Shown here: positions 1-9,953 of the stretch, in pieces
How the letters are laid out: each line of letters opens with the position of its first letter
How positions within the stretch are numbered: the first letter of the stretch is position 1
Assembly: GCA_026391675.1 (NCBI GenBank)
Contig: JAPLDQ010000009.1
Coordinates: forward strand, 4,436-68,435
DNA from: Bacteroidota bacterium
Lineage (GTDB): Bacteria; Bacteroidota; Bacteroidia; Bacteroidales; JACABE01
Reading direction: 5' to 3'
Length of the DNA stretch: 64,000 nucleotides
Notes under the pieces: model-generated
What the model saw: the letters and a program-made list of their open reading frames with translations, nothing else
Databases searched by the model: none
Told to the model about the DNA's origin: nothing
Program-made: the position numbers and the translations under genes

Positions 1-1658
1 TTTATGGTTTTAGACGAATTTTGAAGTTTTACTTTTAAAAAATATAAACCAGGCCTGATACCTGAAAAATTATGTTCTTCAATTTGTTTTCCATTCCAAA
101 CCAACTGACCAAGCATATCAGTTAACCCATATTCTTCTTTTCCGTTAATATTGGTTAAATTAATCTTATCGGTAAAGGGATTTGGATAAGCTTTAATTTC
201 AGGGGTATTAATACTTTTTTCATTAACAGAAGTTGTATAAATTTCTAGAAAAGCACCCGGAGTTATTACTTTTCCATTAAAAGCAGCATAAGTTGGGGCG
301 TACTTGTAAACCCTGAAAATTGAATTCATTGTTTCAAATGGTCTGTCAGGATTATGAGGGATGCTGTCTCCTTGAGTTAATGGGCCTAAATTGGTTACCG
401 GACCAATATATTTCCATACTACCTGTCCGGCAGCTGTTACTTCATACAAAGTTCCGGTAGGACCTACACAAATAATGGTATTCCCATTAGGTAAACGCTG
501 TGCACCAGAAATATCACCGGTATACATTGAAGTTGGTGGAGTAGCCTGATAAGTCCAGCTTAAATTTGCAGGTGCATAGGCTGAACCGCTCACTATGGTA
601 TAGTTTCCGCTAGCATCAGCTGCCGGCGTGAACTGGTCAATGGTTGAATAATTTCGGTTTACACCATTGTTAAAACAAAGTAAATCCCCTGCACCCGGAC
701 ATCCCGGTTTAATCCATTCCACATCATGCTGTTCAAAATATTTTTGGTTGCTTGAGGTTCCGGCACCATAACATAAGGGATTTCCCCAGCGATAGATTAA
801 GTCACCGCCTTTTCCTCTTGTTCCGCCTGTATGGCCAGTAGCCTGAGCAGTAGTAGTACTGTGGTCAACTACCCAAACTTCACTGTTTCCTCTTACACTC
901 AGGGCAATCTGGTCGAATGTGGGATTATAGTCAATGGAATTCATGTGATTCCAGAATATTGGCTTTGTCCTGTGGTCACCTGCACAATCTATCAATTCAG
1001 GATGTGCACTTGGAGTTCCATAATTTGACTTAGTGGCATCATGATTCTGAATCAAATGATCCCATACATGCCATTCCCAAACAACTGTTCCTCCTGAGGG
1101 ATAAGTAGGCTGTATTTCTACAATGCAATCGGGTAATATGCATTTTTTCTGACTAAAATCCGGTTGCTGAAAAGTAGTGGTGTCAAATCCGGCAGCTTCT
1201 ACCTGAGCCACAGTTTTTTTCTCAACCACCAGCATAATTATGTTTCCGTTTGGTAATTTTTTGATGTCATGGTGCTGCATATAGGTTGTTGTGGAATAGT
1301 TCATCCACCATATAAGACTATCATTCCAGTTATATTCTTCTATCCTTCCACCTTCACCTCCTCCGGTTCCCAGATTACCCTGAGTCATACATGTCCGCAA
1401 AAGATTTCCATTCTCCAGCAGATAAACTGCTTGTCCGGGCGCATAAGTACTGGCTGTCCATTCGTGTAATTTGCGACCTTCATTATTAATTAAATAGGTC
1501 TTAGTATATTGCTTTGGTGCAAGCAACAGATATCCTTTATATGCATTAGCTGTATCATTAACAAAAACACCCATAGTTTGTGTTTGTGCAAAACTATAGT
1601 TTGCCATCATTACTATTAGTAATATTTGTAATAATGTTTTTATCTTTCCAATATTCAT
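1..1658 (-). CDS. Arylsulfotransferase (ASST)-like beta-propeller protein with T9SS C-terminal sorting domain; 3' end runs off the window (only a few codons missing)
   Basis: Own translation of the minus strand from ATG at 1658: MNIGKIKTLLQILLIVMMANYSFAQTQTMGVF... (signal peptide). I checked the two ends codon by codon and read the rest less carefully; it appears open down to position 3. Paralog of ORF 5639..7429 (QHHDIKKLPNGN / GHHDFVKIYNP; VVWEWHVWDH / VIWEWCFFDH; HMNSIDYN / HCNSLDYN; AQRLPNGNTI / AQRLPNGNTL). Ends ...YPNPFTDKINL...GLYFLKVKLQNSSKTI, a type-A CTD. Absent from the ORF track only because no stop lies in the window. Confidence 0.8.
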   Translation of the reverse strand, partial: MNIGKIKTLLQILLIVMMANYSFAQTQTMGVFVNDTANAYKGYLLLAPKQYTKTYLINNEGRKLHEWTASTYAPGQAVYLLENGNLLRTCMTQGNLGTGGGEGGRIEEYNWNDSLIWWMNYSTTTYMQHHDIKKLPNGNIIMLVVEKKTVAQVEAAGFDTTTFQQPDFSQKKCILPDCIVEIQPTYPSGGTVVWEWHVWDHLIQNHDATKSNYGTPSAHPELIDCAGDHRTKPIFWNHMNSIDYNPTFDQIALSVRGNSEVWVVDHSTTTAQATGHTGGTRGKGGDLIYRWGNPLCYGAGTSSNQKYFEQHDVEWIKPGCPGAGDLLCFNNGVNRNYSTIDQFTPAADASGNYTIVSGSAYAPANLSWTYQATPPTSMYTGDISGAQRLPNGNTIICVGPTGTLYEVTAAGQVVWKYIGPVTNLGPLTQGDSIPHNPDRPFETMNSIFRVYKYAPTYAAFNGKVITPGAFLEIYTTSVNEKSINTPEIKAYPNPFTDKINLTNINGKEEYGLTDMLGQLVWNGKQIEEHNFSGIRPGLYFLKVKLQNSSKTI

Positions 1659-1682
1659 AATCTCTAATTTTTAATGATTTAC

Positions 1683-3944
1683 TTATTTTAAAATGATAAT
1701 TTTTCTTGTTAATATTTGATTATCAACTTGTAATACATAAGTGTATAAGCCATTTTGATATCGTGCTGTATTCCATTGGTAGCTGTGTTCGCCATTACTC
1801 AATTGCCCGTTTGACAATGTTTCCAGCAATTGCCCGTAAGCATTGAATATTTTCAGACTTACATTTTCTGCTTGTTGAAGTGTAAATACTATCGTAGTTC
1901 TTTCATTAGCTGGATTAGGATAATTTATTAATTCAAAATCTTCTTTTTTTGAATTTTGGTAATTAATAATACCTACTGTTCCTGGAGTATATTTGCGAAC
2001 AATTCTAAATCCGATATGATACCATGGATGGTTAGGGTCTTGCGGCCCACGGTAATAGGTAGGATTACGGTTTGAAACCCTGGAATGGCCATCATTTACT
2101 CCATTTGAATCCAGCCCGTTGTACCAGTTACCTCCACGCATGCCACGGTAAGGTTTGCCGTCAGGCATGATAAATCCACTTGTTGGTCCTGTTGGGTTGT
2201 TGTAAGGACTAAGGCTGTAATAATTCTGTCCATACCAATCATTCAGCATTTCCCATACATTGCCTTGCATATCATATAAACCAAAACCATTAACACCATT
2301 ATCGGTTTGATAAGTTGTAGCAGTTCCGGGCCAGTTATAATCAGTCTTTTGTTTTAAGCTACCATTAAAAAAACCTACAGGTGTAGTAAACGGATATAAA
2401 GAAACATTGGTACTTTCGTAAGGATCACCGGAATTGGGGAGATTTGTGCATTTTTTATCGATGGTATCAGCCAGACAATATTTTAAATAGGGATTGGTAT
2501 GTCCTCCTCTTCCTGCCCATTCCCATTCGGCTTCTGTGGGTAACCGATAGCCGTTTTTAGCGAAGTCACATGCTCCGGTTTGCAAAGTATAACAGGATTG
2601 ATATCCATTTTGAGCGCTCATCCAGTTACAAAAAGCAATGGCACCATACCACATTACTCCAACCATTGGATGGCTGGCCCTGAAATCAGCCATGGAAAAT
2701 ACAGCACCATTGTACGAAATACTGTAATAGGATGCAAATTGATTGGTGTAACATAAAATATTTGTATCACCAGTTAAATAAACCTTATTGTTTTGTACCT
2801 GTATCAATCCACTCAATAAATATGAATTCAAGAAAGTAAGAAATTGCTGATTCGTAGTTTCATATTTACTCATATAAAAAGAATCAACTTTTACGCTGTG
2901 TATTGGTGTTTCATCGCTGGGATGACCAGGGTCAACAAATCCAAAATGATCACCCATGCTGAATGTATCAGCAGGAATCAATGCTTCCTGATAATTCAGG
3001 TCGTTTATGGTATTTCCTCCACGTACTAATATTATATGCTCACTGCTTGTTTTATCGTTATATGATACAATTCCATATTGTAAGTTGATATCCCATGCTT
3101 TTGTAGCAGTATTCATCATAGTGGTTGATGACCAGTAATTTGCAACCGTTAACCCTGAAAACACAGTATTATCAAATGAAGGATTAATTTTATTTATCAT
3201 ATTCAGTGATTGCAATTCTTTTACATTAGGTAAACGCCAGTCAGTTTTTCCGGCTATAGTAACTGTATCAGCAAAATTTAGGGCTTGTTCCCAGGTAAAT
3301 GTTCCGTTTGGAATCGTTTTTTGCCAGATTAATCCGGTATAATTATCTGTAATGGTGGAATTCCCGTTATCTGTAAAGTGAGGAACTGAAAAAGTTGTTG
3401 TTATTGGGTTTCTAACTGCTCTGACGTGCATTTTCTTAGTTCCTCCTGCACTTACAGTTTCTGATTTCGGATGTGCCCCTATACCACCACCGGCATTTAC
3501 AACCCAGATTGCTGTTGTATCATCTGCACGCTTGTCACTGCTCCACCAGTATTCTGCCAGGGTTTTTGTAAAATAGACTGTATCAATGGCAGGATTCAGC
3601 CGGTTATGATTATTTATACTAAACAGTTCAATGGCTGTAGGTAATCGCCAGCCTGTAGAGCTTGCCAATGTGAGATTATTACAATATGCAACTGCGTTTT
3701 CAAAGGTCATTTCTCCTCCATCTGCTTTTTGCCATATTAAAGCTGTATTGTTATCTGTAATTGTACCATTTCCATTATCTGTAAACGACATTGGATTAAT
3801 GATAAAATCAGCATCTTCACCATATGTTGAAGTAAATGATGTGTTTTGTCCGGTTTCAGGCAACTTAAAAGGACGAAGTTTCTGTGCTTCAGAATAGATA
3901 AACATTAATAGTAAAATAATTGTAAAAATTGTTTTTCTTTTCAT
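1683..3944 (-). CDS. Secreted fusion protein: two DUF1566 (Lcl C-terminal type) modules + FGE-sulfatase/SUMF1-like domain + T9SS CTD
   Basis: Signal peptide MKRKTIFTIILLLMFIYSEAQ. Two repeats of F(T)DNGN.TITDN.T.LIWQK...W..A...C/A......WRLP...EL. FGE-type strings FSMGDHFG..ETPIHSVKVDSFYMSKYETTNQQF, YRLPTEAEWEWAGRGG, GLYDMQGNVWEM, RGGNWY. C-terminus INYPNPANERTTIVF...GLYTYVLQVDNQILTRKIIILK. GGAGGA 8 nt upstream of the ATG. Confidence 0.8.
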   Translation of the reverse strand: MKRKTIFTIILLLMFIYSEAQKLRPFKLPETGQNTSFTSTYGEDADFIINPMSFTDNGNGTITDNNTALIWQKADGGEMTFENAVAYCNNLTLASSTGWRLPTAIELFSINNHNRLNPAIDTVYFTKTLAEYWWSSDKRADDTTAIWVVNAGGGIGAHPKSETVSAGGTKKMHVRAVRNPITTTFSVPHFTDNGNSTITDNYTGLIWQKTIPNGTFTWEQALNFADTVTIAGKTDWRLPNVKELQSLNMINKINPSFDNTVFSGLTVANYWSSTTMMNTATKAWDINLQYGIVSYNDKTSSEHIILVRGGNTINDLNYQEALIPADTFSMGDHFGFVDPGHPSDETPIHSVKVDSFYMSKYETTNQQFLTFLNSYLLSGLIQVQNNKVYLTGDTNILCYTNQFASYYSISYNGAVFSMADFRASHPMVGVMWYGAIAFCNWMSAQNGYQSCYTLQTGACDFAKNGYRLPTEAEWEWAGRGGHTNPYLKYCLADTIDKKCTNLPNSGDPYESTNVSLYPFTTPVGFFNGSLKQKTDYNWPGTATTYQTDNGVNGFGLYDMQGNVWEMLNDWYGQNYYSLSPYNNPTGPTSGFIMPDGKPYRGMRGGNWYNGLDSNGVNDGHSRVSNRNPTYYRGPQDPNHPWYHIGFRIVRKYTPGTVGIINYQNSKKEDFELINYPNPANERTTIVFTLQQAENVSLKIFNAYGQLLETLSNGQLSNGEHSYQWNTARYQNGLYTYVLQVDNQILTRKIIILK

Positions 3945-3963
3945 ACTTTATTTCCTCCGGATT

Positions 3964-5625
3964 TTAATTTAAATGTATCATTTTCAATGTCTTTGAAAAA
4001 TTACCCATAGAAATACTGTAATAATATATACCACTTTTCAGGGATAAATCATTGGCATTTAATGAAATACTATAACTGCCAATAATTTGATACTGATTGA
4101 CAAGTGTTCTTATTTCTCTTCCAAACATATCATAGATTGAAAGATGTACATTGTTGGCTTCAGAAACTTTATATTTTATAGTAGTTTCATCATAAAATGG
4201 ATTTGGATAATTCTGTTCAATGTTAAACTTAGCCGTTGATTCATTTACTTCAGCTACTGACGTGGTATAAGCTGAAACTGAATAAGAATATGCAAGTTCC
4301 CCATTGGGATGTCCTGTTGTTGCTTCATTAGACAAATATGTTTTGAAATAATCCACTTTGGCATTGCTGTCTGATACTGTTACCAAAAGATAACCCCTGC
4401 CTGGCATAATTACACCTGTAACATATCCATAATTTGTGGCCTGAGTATTGGTAATATTTCTATTGGAAGGCTGAGGTACTTCCTGATATACCATTCCATC
4501 CTTGTCTTGTTTATCATATAAATGATCATGCCCGTGAAAGAAAATCTGAACATGATTATCCACCATAAGCTGATGTATTGTTTTTTGCCAGCTCGGGCGA
4601 TAGGTAGTAAAGCCCCAGGTTGTATCAGAATTATAGCCTCCCATTTCAAAAAAATCAACATATTCAGTACCGCCACGGGCGTCACTGCCTTTGCCGCCCA
4701 ATAAATTATGACAAAAAACAAATTTAAACTTCGCCTGACTTGTCGTCAAAACATTCTTAAACCAGTTATATTGTGTTGTTCCAAGTGTCCAGCCCCAATT
4801 CCCCTTTACAAGTGAGTACCAGAAAGGATCAAGGACCACAATCAAGGCATTGCCCCATTCATATGCATAGTAATTTCCCCTGAATCCGATAAATGGCTGG
4901 TTTGTAGTATCACCTGTATAAAATGAATTGGGAAAAGGATTTGGATAATATTTTTTTCGGGTCTTGCTGGCTTTTACTGGTAAGCAAGTATCTGTTCCAT
5001 TTAGCAACCAGCCTAATTCACCTTCATGATTGCCAATTACCAGAAATAATGGAACTGAATGACAAACTTCATTAAAATAAGATCTGAAAAGAATGTGACG
5101 ATTGGTAATTTCGGTTTGCGATTGTACAGGTAATTTTTCAGACATAAAAATATCGCCCAAGTCAATCAAAAAATCAGGATTTTTAGCATAAATATTCTGC
5201 AATGTAAGCGTATATGCTGCCGGATTTGAGTTGGTATCCAGATGAGGGTCTGCTTCAATAGCAAAAGTATATGAACTACCTGCTGGTCTTGGTGAATGAA
5301 AACTATGTTCAGTTCCGGCTAAAAAAGCAGATGTACTGCCACTGCTGCGATATCTTGTACGATAATAGTATTTTGTATTGGTTTGCAATCCTGTAAAGTC
5401 AATTTCAAGCGGAACGTTAGCATTGGCAATTAACGTAGCGGTAGTATTAGTATAAGTCCCTGAAATGCTGCCATATTCACAATATACATCTACCTGTTGG
5501 TCAAACAGAACATTCATTGTGATTGAATTATTGGTGGGTCTGCCCAATAATTCAGTAAAATTTTGAGCTTTACTGCTTAAAAAACATGTAATTAGTAATA
5601 ATATAGTCAGAAAGAAAGATTTCAT
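3964..5625 (-). CDS. Purple-acid-phosphatase-like metallophosphoesterase with T9SS CTD (paralog 1)
   Basis: Signal peptide. N-terminal Fn3-like PAP domain (LGRPTNNSITMNV...TNTKYYYRTRY). Calcineurin-type motifs ADPH, LGDIF, GNHEGE, CHN, GHDHLYD. CTD NYPNPFYDETTIKY...GIYYYSISMGNFSKTLKMIHLN. Confidence 0.85.
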   Translation of the reverse strand: MKSFFLTILLLITCFLSSKAQNFTELLGRPTNNSITMNVLFDQQVDVYCEYGSISGTYTNTTATLIANANVPLEIDFTGLQTNTKYYYRTRYRSSGSTSAFLAGTEHSFHSPRPAGSSYTFAIEADPHLDTNSNPAAYTLTLQNIYAKNPDFLIDLGDIFMSEKLPVQSQTEITNRHILFRSYFNEVCHSVPLFLVIGNHEGELGWLLNGTDTCLPVKASKTRKKYYPNPFPNSFYTGDTTNQPFIGFRGNYYAYEWGNALIVVLDPFWYSLVKGNWGWTLGTTQYNWFKNVLTTSQAKFKFVFCHNLLGGKGSDARGGTEYVDFFEMGGYNSDTTWGFTTYRPSWQKTIHQLMVDNHVQIFFHGHDHLYDKQDKDGMVYQEVPQPSNRNITNTQATNYGYVTGVIMPGRGYLLVTVSDSNAKVDYFKTYLSNEATTGHPNGELAYSYSVSAYTTSVAEVNESTAKFNIEQNYPNPFYDETTIKYKVSEANNVHLSIYDMFGREIRTLVNQYQIIGSYSISLNANDLSLKSGIYYYSISMGNFSKTLKMIHLN

Positions 5626-5638
5626 AATTTATAATTGT

Positions 5639-7429
5639 TTATTTATAATAGATTAATTTTTTACTAAGTTTGTAATTATCAGCTTTTAGAACATAAAAAT
5701 ACATACCGCTTGTAACTCTGTTGCCACCATCATTATAGCCATCCCAGCTAAGGCTGTATTTTCCCTGGCTGCATTTTTTATTCATCAGTAGTTTTACCTG
5801 ATTCCCGGCCATGTCAAATACAATTATGCTGATTTGCTTCGGCTCATTAATTTCAAAATCAATGGTTGTGGAATTGGTAAACGGATTGGGATAATTCTGA
5901 TTCAGCATATCCGGAATGGATGCTTTTTCTAATTCCTTGATAAAATTGACATCTGCAGGTGTATAATAATTTGGAGTTGCACCTGTCATCGTATTCCCCG
6001 GTGTTAATGTATGACCTACCAAGGCAGGATGTGTAGCTGAATATCTGTAAGCTCTGAAAACGCCATTATAAGTCGGATAATTATCTTTTTTAATTCTTTT
6101 AATTCCATCTCTTGTCATGGGATTAATGTATTCCCATACAATGGAAGTATCGCTTGGTGACACTTCAAAGAAATGACCATCATTCATGGAACAAACCAGG
6201 GTATTTCCGTTTGGTAAGCGTTGGGCACTTGAGCCTATCGTACTGTATAAAGAGGTGTTGTTTTTGCTGGAATACATCCATACAATTTGTTTGGATACAT
6301 TTTTCTTTTCCTTCATCAGATTATTATCCGGTGAATTTACCTGATTATAACCTGCCAATGGAGGATTTACAAAATTACCGGTATTTACACCGGCTGAATT
6401 CAGATAAGGATTTATCTCAACTATATAAGATTGTGGTGTAAGTTCAAAAAGGTTTTCGGCATTGTTGAAAACTAAAAAATGCCCTGCACCCGGCAATCCT
6501 GGTTTAATCCACTGGATATCATGAGAACCTCCCAGCTGCTTATGGCCGGAAGTTGCTTTTTCCCAATTGGCAAGTACTGAAGGAGGATCACCTTTATCAT
6601 ATTTGGCAGGATCACCAAATCTGTATAAGAAATCGCCTGCACTTGTTGCTGCTAAAGCAATACTACTTGTTGGTTGATTTGCAATAAAGGTCGCACCATG
6701 ATTGATAACATAAAACTCACCATGAACAGAATTGATAACCACAAAATCCGAATCCTGATTATAATCCAATGAATTACAATGTATCCAGTCGCTTTTTACA
6801 GGATTACCGGTCATATTTATATCTATTCTTCCAGGTGTATTAGCAACTACACCATAGGTTGGCTTTGAAGGATATTTATCCTGCACAACATGGTCAAAAA
6901 AGCACCATTCCCATATAACAGTACCTTGCCTGTTAACTTCAACTATAGCATCCATCTGTGCTCCGGTATAGCTGTTAACAGAATCGCAGCCGGCAGCCAG
7001 GCATTGAGCAGCTGTTAAATCCTTATTGGCAATATACATAAAGGTTGAATCGCCTAATTTTGGATTATAGATTTTTACAAAATCATGATGTCCATGATAA
7101 GTTGAACGGGTTTCGGTATATGACCATACAGTATTTCCGTTCCAGTCCAGTTCTTTCCAGGAATTCTGACTGCTGGGATTGCCGCCAACAGCATCCAGTA
7201 AATTACCGTTATCAGTAAAACGGGGATTAGTACCAATATTCCAGGTATGAATTACATGCCCTTCCATATCAATTAAATAGCTTGTTCCCCTTGTTCCGAA
7301 TAAGGTATAGCCGGTATATGTTCTGCTGTTATCCCAGTATTTCGTTTCTGTTTGGGTAAAAAAACTTTCCTGTGCAGTTACAGTAAAAACATATGTTGCA
7401 AAAATTAATAATATTGCATATTTTTTCAT
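5639..7429 (-). CDS. Arylsulfotransferase (ASST)-like beta-propeller protein with T9SS CTD
   Basis: Signal peptide MKKYAILLIFATYVFTVTAQ. ASST-family-like strings (YTGYTLFG...SYLIDMEGHVIHTW, HGHHDF, VIWEWCFFDHV, DWIHCNSLDYN, AQRLPNGNTLVC, IVWEY). CTD NYPNPFTNSTTIDF...GMYFYVLKADNYKLSKKLIYYK. Confidence 0.8.
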   Translation of the reverse strand: MKKYAILLIFATYVFTVTAQESFFTQTETKYWDNSRTYTGYTLFGTRGTSYLIDMEGHVIHTWNIGTNPRFTDNGNLLDAVGGNPSSQNSWKELDWNGNTVWSYTETRSTYHGHHDFVKIYNPKLGDSTFMYIANKDLTAAQCLAAGCDSVNSYTGAQMDAIVEVNRQGTVIWEWCFFDHVVQDKYPSKPTYGVVANTPGRIDINMTGNPVKSDWIHCNSLDYNQDSDFVVINSVHGEFYVINHGATFIANQPTSSIALAATSAGDFLYRFGDPAKYDKGDPPSVLANWEKATSGHKQLGGSHDIQWIKPGLPGAGHFLVFNNAENLFELTPQSYIVEINPYLNSAGVNTGNFVNPPLAGYNQVNSPDNNLMKEKKNVSKQIVWMYSSKNNTSLYSTIGSSAQRLPNGNTLVCSMNDGHFFEVSPSDTSIVWEYINPMTRDGIKRIKKDNYPTYNGVFRAYRYSATHPALVGHTLTPGNTMTGATPNYYTPADVNFIKELEKASIPDMLNQNYPNPFTNSTTIDFEINEPKQISIIVFDMAGNQVKLLMNKKCSQGKYSLSWDGYNDGGNRVTSGMYFYVLKADNYKLSKKLIYYK

Positions 7430-7436
7430 AATAATT

Positions 7437-9113
7437 CTATTTTAGTTTGACAATTTTCTTTGTAATCATATTATTATTTGCTAATAGCCTGCAGATATAT
7501 GTTCCTCCCGGTAGATCTTTCCTGTTCCATATAAAAGAATTTTTTCCGGCACCACTAAACATTTCTGTCTTATCGAATACAATTTTTCCCGTCATATCTG
7601 TTATAACAAGTTTAATTGTTTCCGCTTTTGCTACATTAAAGTTAATTGATATTTCATCATTAAATGGATTTGGCATGCAGATTAATTCGTCAGGATTTTC
7701 TTTTTTGCTGATATCTTCAATTGTGGTCGTATTACAATTACCAATGGTATAAGAAAATGCTACTTCCATATTATGATGAACACCACTTATAGTATCTGCC
7801 GGTAAATAAGCCCTGACAAAATCTACTTTTACACATGCCGGAGATACTGTAACTCTTAAATGCCCTGAACCACCAATAGTATCAGAAGTATAGGCATCTG
7901 CATTGGCAAGCATTCCTATTTCATAAGTAGAATCACTGGGCATGGGCACCTCCTGATATACCACACTATCCATTACTTCATGCGCAAATAGATGATCGTG
8001 ACCCTGGAAGAAAATATTTACGTGATTATCAACAAATAATTGATGAATGGGTTTTGCCCAACCCGGACGGTTTGTCGGGAATGTAAAACTAGTGCCATTT
8101 TGTTCATAACCACCCCATTCAAAAAATTTAGCCTGTACTTTAGCTCCCCTTCCCTGGCCGGATACATGATGGGCAAAAACAAATTTATATTGGGCTGTAC
8201 TGTTTTCAAGTGTGGATTTTAACCAGTTATATTGTGCACTTCCCAGTGTCCAGTCCCATTTTTGTGGTTTTGCTGAGGTATCGCATTGGTATCTGTATAC
8301 ATCCAAAACTACAAAAAGTGCATTTCCCCAGGTATAGGCATAATAATTTTCGGGATTTCCTATCCCATATGGCTCAATATCAGTATTGCCGGTATAAAAA
8401 CTATTAGGGAAAGGATTAGCAAAATAAAATTTACGCCATAGGCTACCCATTACAGCCAGATTATTGGGCGGATTCTGATTATAGTAATAGTTAAACTCCC
8501 CTTCATGATTACCCATGCAGAAGAAGTAAGGAATGGAATGGCATATACTACCCAATAACGGACGGTAATATTTATGTAAACTGTCTAATTTTCCTGATGT
8601 AATGGTTGTAGGATAATGGTCGTCACCATAAGTATCACCCATATCAATCATAAAATCAGGTTTATCGGCTGCCTGATTGGCTATACATATTTTATATTCA
8701 TTCAGAACTCCTTTTTTATCATATAAATGAGCATCCGACTCAATTGTAAAAGTAAAAGTACTGCCTGTTGCACGTTGCGTATAAAAACTATGTTCAGCAC
8801 TTGCTGAAAACAAGGCTGTAGAGCCATTCAGACGATACCTTGTCCTGTAAAAATACTTCGTATTGGCTGATAATGCTGTGAAGTCAACTTTTAAAGTAGT
8901 ATCTTTTTTAGCTAAATATGTAGTAGTTGTGTTAGAATAATTACCTGAAATTGTGCCATATTCCCAGTAAACATCAGATTTCTGGTCAAATAATACCGTC
9001 ATCGTTATTGAATTATTGGTAGGCCTGCCTAATATTTCATTATAGGTCTGGGCTGACAGGCAGGTTGATAAAATTGTAAAGGATAAAAATATTAATATGT
9101 TGTCAATTTTCAT
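7437..9113 (-). CDS. Purple-acid-phosphatase-like metallophosphoesterase with T9SS CTD (paralog 2)
   Basis: Collinear with 3964..5625 (LGRPTNNSITMTVLFDQ, NTKYFYRTRY, SDAH, MGDTY, GNHEGE, AHH, GHDHLFAH, VYQEVPMPS). CTD CMPNPFNDEISINF...GTYICRLLANNNMITKKIVKLK. Confidence 0.85.
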   Translation of the reverse strand: MKIDNILIFLSFTILSTCLSAQTYNEILGRPTNNSITMTVLFDQKSDVYWEYGTISGNYSNTTTTYLAKKDTTLKVDFTALSANTKYFYRTRYRLNGSTALFSASAEHSFYTQRATGSTFTFTIESDAHLYDKKGVLNEYKICIANQAADKPDFMIDMGDTYGDDHYPTTITSGKLDSLHKYYRPLLGSICHSIPYFFCMGNHEGEFNYYYNQNPPNNLAVMGSLWRKFYFANPFPNSFYTGNTDIEPYGIGNPENYYAYTWGNALFVVLDVYRYQCDTSAKPQKWDWTLGSAQYNWLKSTLENSTAQYKFVFAHHVSGQGRGAKVQAKFFEWGGYEQNGTSFTFPTNRPGWAKPIHQLFVDNHVNIFFQGHDHLFAHEVMDSVVYQEVPMPSDSTYEIGMLANADAYTSDTIGGSGHLRVTVSPACVKVDFVRAYLPADTISGVHHNMEVAFSYTIGNCNTTTIEDISKKENPDELICMPNPFNDEISINFNVAKAETIKLVITDMTGKIVFDKTEMFSGAGKNSFIWNRKDLPGGTYICRLLANNNMITKKIVKLK

Positions 9114-9130
9114 AATTTGTATTAATTAGA

Positions 9131-9616
9131 TTATTTATTTTGTTGATTTTCAGGTTTTAAATAGTCCCGTATTTCTTTTACAAGACCTTTAAACTTTTCC
9201 ATTTGCTCAGGAGTACAAATTTCTTTAAGTACTTTTGCCTGTTCAAAACGAAGTAATTCCATCTGATATTCATTATCAGCAACACGTCGGGCAATACTTT
9301 TCACATATATAGTATCTGTATTCTGATTAAACATCATCGCATTCATCGTATCACGCTGGCTTTTTATCAGTTTGCTCAATTTTTCTTCTTTACTAAAAAA
9401 ATCTTCCCTTATATTTTTAAACGATATAACCTGATTATCGGTTAATTGAAGCTTATCTTTTAAAACAGCTGTTATACCTTCAATGTTTCGGTTTGGAAGT
9501 TTATTACACCGGCAATTTCTTTGCTGCATCCAGATATAAAAAACTGAAAACAAGTTCAGTACAATTAGTAAAAGAATTAAGCGAAGTAAAAATTTGTTTT
9601 TTAAAAAAATATCCAT
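9131..9616 (-). CDS. Spy/CpxP-family (LTXXQ-motif) periplasmic protein; start moved to the internal ATG
   Basis: N-terminal TM/signal anchor, LTXXQ-type strings (LQLTDNQ, CTPEQMEKF), helical and charged. The track start at 9664 would overlap the upstream ORF by 44 nt. The ATG at 9616 (MDIFLKNKFLL...) lies 4 nt after that ORF's stop. Confidence 0.6.
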   Translation of the reverse strand: MDIFLKNKFLLRLILLLIVLNLFSVFYIWMQQRNCRCNKLPNRNIEGITAVLKDKLQLTDNQVISFKNIREDFFSKEEKLSKLIKSQRDTMNAMMFNQNTDTIYVKSIARRVADNEYQMELLRFEQAKVLKEICTPEQMEKFKGLVKEIRDYLKPENQQNK

Positions 9617-9620
9617 TGCT

Positions 9621-9905
9621 TTAAAATTTTGATGAGCTGGTTTGAATAAGAAATTCTCTTGCAATAGTTTTCATCTTGTCCTTTTCCTTTGATTGTTTGC
9701 GAAAATGGGAAAACCCGTTAGTAAAAGAAAAAACATTTATGGTAAGTAAAATAATTATGGTAATCATAATCAGTTTATTTGAAGAAAAGGTATTTGAATA
9801 GTTATTACAATGCTCAAGCCGGTGGAATAATTTCTCATTCCATCCAGCAGAAGGTTCTATTGAACCTATGCTGTCAAACTGCTTTATTAAATCTGACTCA
9901 TCCAT
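9621..9905 (-). CDS. Small single-pass membrane protein in the anti-sigma-factor position (function inferred only from position)
   Basis: 94 aa, one central hydrophobic helix (LIMITIIILLTINVFSF), directly downstream of the ECF sigma gene. No zinc-finger HxxxCxxC motif seen. Confidence 0.45.
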   Translation of the reverse strand: MDESDLIKQFDSIGSIEPSAGWNEKLFHRLEHCNNYSNTFSSNKLIMITIIILLTINVFSFTNGFSHFRKQSKEKDKMKTIAREFLIQTSSSKF

Positions 9906-9953
9906 GATATTAAGCTGTTTATATTTGACGATTTTATTTTTATATTCTGGTGC

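Noticed and set aside
831-8407. Plus- and minus-strand ORFs of 60-103 aa inside the ASST/FGE/phosphoesterase genes (831..1028, 1269..1469, 2844..3029, 3631..3897, 4410..4721, 4522..4704, 6154..6441, 7447..7752, 8018..8209, 8040..8222, 8210..8407)
   Set aside because: All are fully nested in, or antisense to, long ORFs with clear family motifs. Their compositions are odd (Cys/Ile/Phe-rich) and they have no promoter boxes. They are shadow ORFs.
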